DNA of 64,000 nucleotides from Patescibacteria group bacterium (GTDB lineage Bacteria; Patescibacteriota; Patescibacteriia; CAIXNZ01): NCBI GenBank assembly GCA_041651155.1, contig JBAZJU010000005.1, positions 2,653 to 66,652 of the forward strand, read 5' to 3'. Shown piece by piece: positions 57,183 to 64,000 of this stretch (position 1 is its first letter; each line of letters starts with the position of its first letter). The notes under the pieces were generated by a model. It saw only the letters and a program-made list of their open reading frames with translations, ran no database searches and was not told where the DNA came from. The position numbers and the translations under genes were made by a program.

Positions 57183-57300
57183 TAATCAAATCTCAAATGC
57201 CAACTCACAAATAAGCTTCAAATCATAAATTCCAAATTTCAAAAGTTTGGTTATTGGGATTTGGTTATTGGTTATTATTTGGAGCTTGGTGTTTGAAGAT
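57181..57300. repeat. Intergenic repeat copy B (same family as 1718-1820)
   Basis: AAATCTCAAAT ... CCAAATTTC ... TTGGTTATTGG ... GGTTATTATTTGGAGCTTGGTG. Confidence 0.45.
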
Positions 57301-57631
57301 TAGAATTTAGATAGGTATTGTGTATAATTCGTGAATAAAGTTGAGTATAACTGTGTGGTTAAGTATGTAGATAACCATGTGCGTAAAGATGTTGATATTT
57401 TGTTTATAATTAGCCAAAAAAGGGCTTGACTAGGTTTTTATAATAATATATAGTTAGAGCATAAAACCCTACTTGTTTACTAATTGATTAATCTTAGCTT
57501 TGGAGACAAAGCCGGTTTCTCAGTGTAGTTCTCTGGTGGGGCTTAAGAAAAATTGCCCATCTGGGTGATTTTTTTTGTGTCTAAAAAATGATTAAGAAAA
57601 AATTAACAATAGGTTTTGAAAGGAGGATTTC

Positions 57632-58534
57632 GTGAGTCCAAAACTTTACGACTTAGCGCCCGAAAGAGATTTCGTTTTGTTTAATCCAGAAACCAAATAT
57701 CTAATTCTGGCGCTGACTGAAAGGTTTAAAGAATTAGAAAAGGTTAAAGGATTAAAAGCAACAGAAACTTTTCACCTTGATTGCCTGGCAAAAAATCTAG
57801 GTCAATCACCCAGCATCATTGAAGTAGCTGACTGCTTATATAATAATCAGCAATTGAAATGGAATTGGAAAGATCTTTTGCCAGTAGTTTTGGCAGATTG
57901 TCTTTATCCGTTTCATGCTGATAGTTATCATCATTCAGTCAGAATGGCAGAAATCGTGCAATTTTTAAAAGAAGAGTACAAACAGCGCGGTTTTGCCAAT
58001 TTCCCCGATTTCGGCAATAAAGATTTTGCTGAAATTACGCGAAATTTAGAGATGACTGAAGATGACTGGGCCTGTCTTTTGGCTGCAGCTTATCATCATG
58101 ATGGCGGAAAAATGGGCTTGCCCGTGGGATTTTGGAATAAACCAGGAGAGTTTAACGCCAAAGAAAAAGAATGTCGCAAAGTCCATCCAGGCCTATTTTT
58201 TCCGATCGGTGAAATGTTAGGCGTACCTTTAAAAGTAACGGCTTTGAATATTGCCCATCATTATCTTAATCTTGGCTATCCAAATAATGGTCTGATCAAA
58301 TGTTTTCAGGACATCATTTTTGAGCCAAAATTTAAGGTAATTCTAATCATGCTGATTACCTTAGATTGTTATGATGGGATGAGGGGACCTCGTGATTATC
58401 GGGTAAATTTATTCAGCCATGATCAGGTTATGGAAAATTTACCCCAAGAACTTGGTCAAATGGGTACTATTTTTATGCCATTGGTGGAATTAGTCAATTC
58501 TTCCGCCATTGGCCGGCAATTGTATCCCAATTAA
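57632..58534 (+). CDS. HD-domain phosphohydrolase, possibly divergent HD-GYP-like (300 aa); GTG start
   Basis: YHHDGGK (H..HD) and HHYLNLGYP motifs. SD GAAAGGAGG upstream of the GTG. Confidence 0.6.
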   Translation: MSPKLYDLAPERDFVLFNPETKYLILALTERFKELEKVKGLKATETFHLDCLAKNLGQSPSIIEVADCLYNNQQLKWNWKDLLPVVLADCLYPFHADSYHHSVRMAEIVQFLKEEYKQRGFANFPDFGNKDFAEITRNLEMTEDDWACLLAAAYHHDGGKMGLPVGFWNKPGEFNAKEKECRKVHPGLFFPIGEMLGVPLKVTALNIAHHYLNLGYPNNGLIKCFQDIIFEPKFKVILIMLITLDCYDGMRGPRDYRVNLFSHDQVMENLPQELGQMGTIFMPLVELVNSSAIGRQLYPN

Positions 58535-58640
58535 GCCATTACATCTGTTTGAGAGCCGCTTAGCCAAAACTAAGCGAAGCGGCTCTTGACTTTCTTTTTA
58601 CTTTTAGCTAAGATAAGATATATTCTAGATAAATTCATTT

Positions 58641-58961
58641 ATGAAAGATTTAAAGAAAATTTTAGAACTATTACGAAAAACAGGAGACCGTTTTATTTTA
58701 GAAGATGAAAAGGGCAATCTTTTTGTAGTTTTATCAGCGAATGATTATGAGAATTTAATTTTAAAAAATAGTGAATTAAAGAATTTTTCCGAAGAAGAAC
58801 TTTTGAACAAAATTAATAAAGATATCGCGGTTTGGAAGTCAACGCAAGAAGATGAAAAATTATTGGAACGCTGGCAAGATTTAAATCCTGCCCAAGAGGA
58901 AAAAGATAAAAAAGAGGAGCCTGACCAATATTATTTTGAGCCGGTTGAAGATGAGGATTAA
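58641..58961 (+). CDS. Hypothetical acidic protein with a weak Phd/YefM-antitoxin-like N-terminus (106 aa)
   Basis: DRFILEDEKGNLFVVLSANDYENLI resembles the Phd/YefM core. No adjacent toxin gene. Confidence 0.4.
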   Translation: MKDLKKILELLRKTGDRFILEDEKGNLFVVLSANDYENLILKNSELKNFSEEELLNKINKDIAVWKSTQEDEKLLERWQDLNPAQEEKDKKEEPDQYYFEPVEDED

Positions 58962-59128
58962 AAAATACTTGCCATATTTTGCGAATGTGGTATAATAAAA
59001 AATACATTTTAATAAATTAAAAAATAATCCCAAAGCGATCCCTTTGGGAGAATAATTAGGGAAGCGGCTGGATAACACTCAGCCAGTTTTAGCGGTTGAG
59101 GCTGCTTCGACGGAGTATTAAAAATACT

Positions 59129-60316
59129 ATGGCAGAAAAATTTGAACGCTCAAAACCACATATTAATGTGGGAACAATTGGTCACGTTGACCATGGTAAA
59201 ACTACTTTAACAGCAGCTCTTTTGAAGTATGTGCTTGCTCATGGCCAAAAAGCTTCTGATAAAGGAGTTGACCAGATTGATAATGCCCCTGAAGAAAAAG
59301 AAAGAGGCATTACCATTGCAACCGCTCATGTTGAGTATGAGACTGCAAAAAGACATTATGCTCACGTAGATTGTCCAGGCCATGCTGATTACATTAAAAA
59401 CATGATTACAGGCGCAGCTCAAATGGACGGCGCTATCTTAGTTGTAGCTGCAACTGATGGTCCAATGCCTCAGACTAGGGAACACATCGTGTTAGCCAGA
59501 CAAGTCGGTGTGCCGTCAATTGTTGTTTTTTTAAACAAAGTTGATCAGGTTTCAGATCCAGAATTAATAACATTAGTTGAGGAAGAAGTCAGAGAACTAT
59601 TAACAAAATATGAATTTCCAGGCGATAAAACCCCGATAATCAAAGGTTCGGCTTTGAAGGCTTTAGAAAATCCAAATGGCGATGACGCCAAATGCATTGG
59701 CGAGCTTTTAGATGCTTTAGATACGTATATTCCCGATCCTGTTAGAGATACAGAAAAACCATTTCTAATGCCGGTTGAAGATGTTTTCTCAATAGAAGGC
59801 CGTGGTACCGTGGTAACTGGCAGGATTGATAGAGGCATTATTAAACTAAATGATGAAATAGAAATTGTAGGCATTAAACCAACTCAAAAAACAGTGGTCA
59901 CTGGCATTGAAATGTTTAATAAATCATTAGACGAAGGCCGCGCAGGCGATAATGCCGGACTATTATTGCGTGGTACAAAAAAAGAAGATGTAGAAAGAGG
60001 CCAGGTAATTTCTAAACCAGGCAGTATTACGCCTCATACAGAATTTGAAGCCCAAATTTATGTTTTATCCAAAGATGAAGGCGGCAGACATAAGCCATTT
60101 TTCAAGGGTTATAAGCCGCAATTTTATATCCGCACTACTGACGTAACTGGCGAAATTGAAATTTTGGGTGGCGCTGAAATGGTTATGCCTGGGGATACTG
60201 TTTCCCTGAAGATTAAGTTAATTGCGCCTGTAGCTTTGGAAGAAAAATCAAAATTTGCTATTAGAGAAGGCGGTAAAACCGTAGGTGCAGGTTCAGTCAC
60301 TAAAATCATTGCTTAA
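59129..60316 (+). CDS. tuf: Elongation factor Tu
   Basis: [30 protein letters not shown]. Start at the ATG 33 nt inside the ORF-track ORF. Confidence 0.95.
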   Translation: MAEKFERSKPHINVGTIGHVDHGKTTLTAALLKYVLAHGQKASDKGVDQIDNAPEEKERGITIATAHVEYETAKRHYAHVDCPGHADYIKNMITGAAQMDGAILVVAATDGPMPQTREHIVLARQVGVPSIVVFLNKVDQVSDPELITLVEEEVRELLTKYEFPGDKTPIIKGSALKALENPNGDDAKCIGELLDALDTYIPDPVRDTEKPFLMPVEDVFSIEGRGTVVTGRIDRGIIKLNDEIEIVGIKPTQKTVVTGIEMFNKSLDEGRAGDNAGLLLRGTKKEDVERGQVISKPGSITPHTEFEAQIYVLSKDEGGRHKPFFKGYKPQFYIRTTDVTGEIEILGGAEMVMPGDTVSLKIKLIAPVALEEKSKFAIREGGKTVGAGSVTKIIA

Positions 60317-60327
60317 TATATTTAAGT

Positions 60328-60356
60328 CCTCTCCCCATGGTGGGGAGAGGGCTTTT
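60328..60356 (+). terminator. Rho-independent terminator after tuf
   Basis: CCTCTCCCCA-TGG-TGGGGAGAGG followed by GCTTTT. Confidence 0.7.
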
Positions 60357-60405
60357 ATACCAAAATTTTTTGTAAATTTTAAATATAAAGATAATTTTTA
60401 ATTTC

Positions 60406-60747
60406 ATGACTGAAAAGGTAAAAGCCAAAGAAAAAACTGAAGAAAAACAAAGAATTAGAATCAAGATTCGGGCTTATGATCATAAGATTATTGATCAGTC
60501 TACTCGAACTATCTTAGATACTGCGCAGAGAACTGGCGCCCAGGTTGCCGGCCCCATTCCTTTGCCAGTGGAAAAGAAGAAATACACTGTTTTAAGCTCG
60601 ACCTTTGTCCATAAAAATGCCAGAGATCAATATGAGATGCGCATCCACAAGAGGCTAATTGATATCATTGAGCCTACCCAAGCCACAGTTGATGCTCTGA
60701 TGAGCTTAAATTTGCCAGCCGGCGTAGATATTGAGATCAAAATGTAA
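60406..60747 (+). CDS. rpsJ: 30S ribosomal protein S10
   Basis: [16 protein letters not shown]... Confidence 0.95.
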   Translation: MTEKVKAKEKTEEKQRIRIKIRAYDHKIIDQSTRTILDTAQRTGAQVAGPIPLPVEKKKYTVLSSTFVHKNARDQYEMRIHKRLIDIIEPTQATVDALMSLNLPAGVDIEIKM

Positions 60748-61028
60748 AGGGCTTGACAGGTAAGTGCATTTCAGCTAAGATACGTATATTACAACTTTAA
60801 TTATTGCGGATTTTAAAAATCGCAAATCTAATTTTTAGAAATATAAAGAAAGTTTCTTAATTTAAGAAAAACCTTTACATTTTTAAGGATTAGCCAAGGA
60901 GAAATAAAAAATCACTAAAAATTAAAAATCCAGTAAGTCTTAAACTTTTTTTGAAGTTTTTTGAATTATATTAATTTTAATCTGGATTTGGTGAAGCCAG
61001 ATTTTTTATTTCCTAAAAAGCAAGAAAT

Positions 61029-61760
61029 ATGAAGTATATTTTAGGTAAAAAAATAGCCATGACCCAAAAGTTTAAAACAGATGGCCAGGTAGTGCCAGTG
61101 ACAGTAATTGAAGCCGGCCCTTGTTTTATTACTCAAGTAAAAAAGAAAGACAAGGATGGCTATCAGGCGATTCAGATTGGATACGGGACTAGAAAAAAAT
61201 TAAATAAACCATTGGCCGGGCATTTAAAAGGCGGATTAAAATCAAGATATTTAAAAGAATTAAGATTGCCTGATGATAATCAAAGCGAATATGCTAAGGG
61301 TGAAAAAATCAGCGTAGCTATTTTTACTGCAGGCGAAAAAGTAAAAATATCTGGTACGAGCAAAGGCAAGGGATTTCAAGGTGTAGTCAAACGTCATGGT
61401 TTTCATGGCGCACCAAAAACACATGGTACCAAGGATCAATTAAGGCATTCTGGTTCAGTCGGAGCCAAAGGCGTTGCCCACACATTTAAAGGGACTAAAA
61501 TGGGCGGACGCATGGGAGGTGAACAAGTTACCATCCAAAATTTGGAAATAGTTGAAATAGATCCGTTGAAAAATTTATTATTTCTTAAAGGCGCAGTGCC
61601 AGGCAGCCGCAATAGTTTAATAGAAATTTACGCGCCAGGGGAGATGAAGCTGGAAAAAGAAACCAAAGAAATTCCAGCAGAAAAGGCTGAAACATCTGAA
61701 ATCAAAAATGAAGAAGTCAAAGAAGAAGCTAAGGAATTAAAACCAGAAGCAAATACTTAA
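61029..61760 (+). CDS. rplC: 50S ribosomal protein L3 with a ~35-aa Lys/Glu-rich C-terminal extension
   Basis: Canonical L3 core to ~aa 205, then KLEKETKEIPAEKAETSEIKNEEVKEEAKELKPEANT. Confidence 0.9.
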   Translation: MKYILGKKIAMTQKFKTDGQVVPVTVIEAGPCFITQVKKKDKDGYQAIQIGYGTRKKLNKPLAGHLKGGLKSRYLKELRLPDDNQSEYAKGEKISVAIFTAGEKVKISGTSKGKGFQGVVKRHGFHGAPKTHGTKDQLRHSGSVGAKGVAHTFKGTKMGGRMGGEQVTIQNLEIVEIDPLKNLLFLKGAVPGSRNSLIEIYAPGEMKLEKETKEIPAEKAETSEIKNEEVKEEAKELKPEANT

Positions 61761-61779
61761 AAGTATAAATTATTTAGAT

Positions 61780-62412
61780 ATGATCAAGGCTAAAGTTTAC
61801 AATTTAGAAGGCAAAGAAATAGAGGAAATCAAATTAGATCCTGAAGTTTTTGGAGTTAAAATTAATCCCGCCCTAGTCCATCAGGTTGTTGAGGCTCAAC
61901 AGGCCAACGCACGTTTTAAATTAGCACATACTAAAACTAAAGGTGAAGTGCGCGGCGGCGGTAAAAAACCTTGGCGGCAAAAAGGCACAGGCCGGGCAAG
62001 AGCTGGTTCAACTCGGTCGCCTTTATGGATCGGAGGCGGTGTGACTTTTGGTCCGCGCAAAGAAAGGAATTTTGATAAAAAAATAAATAAGAAGATGAAG
62101 CAAAAGGCATTATTTATGTCTTTGACTGATAAAGTCAAGTCTGAGGCTTTAATTATTTTAGATAAATTAGAATTTACCAAAATCAAAACTAAAGATTTAG
62201 TTAAGATTTTAAGTAAATTGCCCGTTAAGGCTGGCAAGACTTTAATTGTTTTGGATCAAAAGAATGACAACATTGTTAAATCAGCCAGGAATATTAAAAC
62301 TTTAAAGACAATTTTAGCTGATAGCCTTAATGTTTTAGATATTTTGAAGTATAATTATTTATTAGTTGATAAAAACGGCATAAAAAATATTATTACCACT
62401 TATAAGAAATAA
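61780..62412 (+). CDS. rplD: 50S ribosomal protein L4
   Basis: 210 aa with canonical L4 motifs. Confidence 0.9.
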   Translation: MIKAKVYNLEGKEIEEIKLDPEVFGVKINPALVHQVVEAQQANARFKLAHTKTKGEVRGGGKKPWRQKGTGRARAGSTRSPLWIGGGVTFGPRKERNFDKKINKKMKQKALFMSLTDKVKSEALIILDKLEFTKIKTKDLVKILSKLPVKAGKTLIVLDQKNDNIVKSARNIKTLKTILADSLNVLDILKYNYLLVDKNGIKNIITTYKK

Positions 62413-62417
62413 AATAT

Positions 62418-62894
62418 ATGGGAATTTTTGATAGATTTAATAAAAAAGCCGGGGCTAAAGCCAAAGAAGCAAAAAAGGAAAAACCAGCAGCAGCCAAAAA
62501 GGCTTTGGTGAAAAAAACAGATGCTAATTTGACTTCTTTGAAGCCCAAAACAGAAGGTGCGGCAGAGACAAAAGAAATTAAAGGCAAGAAGGCTAAAAAG
62601 GAAGAGACCAAAGAAGCCTATAGAATTTTAATCAAGCCTTTAGTGACAGAAAAAGCAACAAACTTAGTGGCCAAAAATCAATATACGTTTATGGTTGCGA
62701 ATGGCGCAAATAAAATTGAAGTTAAAAAGGCAATTAAAGGCCTTTATGGTTTTGAAGCAAAAAGCGTGAATATAATTAAAGCCAGAGGCAAAGATGTCCG
62801 TTCGGGCAAAGTTACAGGTAAAAAGAAAAACTGGAGAAAGGCTATAGTAACTTTGAAGCCAAGCGATAAGATAGAAATTTACGAAGGAGTTTAA
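62418..62894 (+). CDS. rplW: 50S ribosomal protein L23 with a ~60-aa Lys/Ala-rich N-terminal extension
   Basis: Core L23 begins at YRILIKPLVTEKAT. It is preceded by KKAGAKAKEAKKEKPAAAKKALVKK... Confidence 0.85.
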   Translation: MGIFDRFNKKAGAKAKEAKKEKPAAAKKALVKKTDANLTSLKPKTEGAAETKEIKGKKAKKEETKEAYRILIKPLVTEKATNLVAKNQYTFMVANGANKIEVKKAIKGLYGFEAKSVNIIKARGKDVRSGKVTGKKKNWRKAIVTLKPSDKIEIYEGV

Positions 62895-62919
62895 GACCGA
62901 AATTTTAAATTTATAATTA

Positions 62920-63774
62920 TTGAGATATATGGGAGTAAAGCAATATAAAACCAATGATGCAGGGAGGCGAGAAGCAAGTGTAGATGACTTTGCCGATCTT
63001 AGTGTTTCTAAGCCAGCTAAAAGATTATTACAAATAAAAAAAAGAACCGGTGGCAGAAATGTAACCGGTAAAATTACAGTCAGGCATATTGGCGGCGGGG
63101 CCAAAAGGTTTATCAGAATCATTGATTTTAAGAGAGAAAAATTTGATATGCCGGCTATTGTAAAAACCATTGAATATGATCCCAACCGTAATGCCAGGAT
63201 TGCTCTAGTTAACTATAAAGATGGTGAAAAAAGATATATAATTGCTCCGCACGAATTGCATGTCGGCGATGAAATTATGAGCTCAAAAGGCAAGCAAATT
63301 AAAGTTAAAGCAGGCAATGCCCTGACCATAGAAAATATTCCGGTCGGTTCATTTATTTATAACATTGAATTAACACCGGGCAAAGGCGGCCAGATTGTAA
63401 GAAGCGCAGGCAATAGCGCGCAATTAATGGCAGTTGAAGGAGATTATGCTACTATTAAATTGCCATCAGGCGAAGTCAGAAAGGTATTAAAAACCTGCCT
63501 GGCTACGTTGGGGACTGTTAGCAATTCAGAATATATGACTATTCGCTGGGGCAAGGCAGGCAGAAAAAGGCATTTAGGCATTAAGCCAACTGTCAGAGGC
63601 AAAGTAATGAATCCAGTAGATCATCCGCATGGTGGCGGTGAAGGCAAGCATCCAATCGGCTTAAAATACCCCAAGACTATTTGGGGCAAGCACGCTTTAG
63701 GTGTTAAGACACGCAGACCAAATAAATATTCAAATAAATTAATTTTACAAAGAAAAAAGAGCAAGAAATCTTAA
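62920..63774 (+). CDS. rplB: 50S ribosomal protein L2
   Basis: 284 aa. GGGHKR-type motifs (HIGGGAKR, HPHGGGEGK). Confidence 0.95.
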   Translation: MRYMGVKQYKTNDAGRREASVDDFADLSVSKPAKRLLQIKKRTGGRNVTGKITVRHIGGGAKRFIRIIDFKREKFDMPAIVKTIEYDPNRNARIALVNYKDGEKRYIIAPHELHVGDEIMSSKGKQIKVKAGNALTIENIPVGSFIYNIELTPGKGGQIVRSAGNSAQLMAVEGDYATIKLPSGEVRKVLKTCLATLGTVSNSEYMTIRWGKAGRKRHLGIKPTVRGKVMNPVDHPHGGGEGKHPIGLKYPKTIWGKHALGVKTRRPNKYSNKLILQRKKSKKS

Positions 63775-63786
63775 ACCATAAAATTT

Positions 63787-64000
63787 ATGTCTAGAAGTTT
63801 AAAAAAGGGACCATATGTTAATGAGAAATTATTAAAAAAAATTTCTCGTTTAAAGCCAGGTGATAAAACAATAACGAAGACCTGGGATCGCGCCTGTACT
63901 ATTACCCCGGAAATGGTTGGTTTTAAGATTGGCGTTCACAATGGCAAAGAACATCTTGAAGTAACTATAATTGAAAATATGGTCGGACATAAATTGGGAG
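63787..64000 (+). CDS. rpsS: 30S ribosomal protein S19 (partial, runs off the window end)
   Basis: [18 protein letters not shown]...[25 protein letters not shown]. Confidence 0.85.
   Translation, partial: MSRSLKKGPYVNEKLLKKISRLKPGDKTITKTWDRACTITPEMVGFKIGVHNGKEHLEVTIIENMVGHKLG

Noticed and set aside
59000-59128. tRNA genes upstream of tuf (common thrT-tyrT-glyT-thrT arrangement)
   Set aside because: Hairpins (GGAAGCGGCTGG...CCAGTT...GAGGCTGCTTC) are present but no cloverleaf or T-loop (GTTCRANYC) consensus was found. Probably a structured leader only.

Overview
This is a low-GC (~35%), gene-dense bacterial fragment, nearly all coding on the + strand after 3.6 kb. The content is consistent with a small-genome, Patescibacteria/CPR-like organism using the standard genetic code; that placement is inference, not proven. 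Core genes I can support: hup, ymdB-like, rny, infB, trxA, trxB, leuS, a GT2 Dpm1-like transferase, ndk, a split ComEC, and a near-complete type IV pilus cluster (pilB, pilC, four pseudopilins/minor pilins, pilM, major pilin). Also present: two tRNA-Pro genes, rpmB plus a 50-aa zinc ribbon that is missing from the ORF track, and two ribosomal operons (rpsL-rpsG-[mazG-like]-fusA ... tuf, then rpsJ-rplC-rplD-rplW-rplB-rpsS, the last running off the window end). The main accessory feature is a ~15 kb RHS/YD-repeat polymorphic-toxin locus (23.3-38.5 kb). It holds a 2701-aa secreted giant with an unusual multidomain build and an NlpC/P60-like C-terminal toxin, an immunity gene, and three downstream orphan RHS-core plus C-terminal-toxin cassettes, each with its own immunity gene. 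One cassette is 5'-truncated with a degenerate HExxH. A fourth 17-nt core remnant is fused to a small secreted ORF. Other notable points: a ~3 kb accessory insertion between fusA and tuf (double ClpX-type zinc-finger protein, candidate sRNA, HD-domain protein); a 1107-aa repeat-rich surface protein; a HicB-HicA pair; tandem 169-aa paralogs; and several non-coding repeat families (IR-flanked hairpin elements, a CACGGATT tandem array, and a ~120-nt repeat at 1.7 kb and 57.2 kb). A GC-rich, apparently structured RNA-like segment lies at the window start. No CRISPR array, reverse transcriptase, transposase or integrase is visible.
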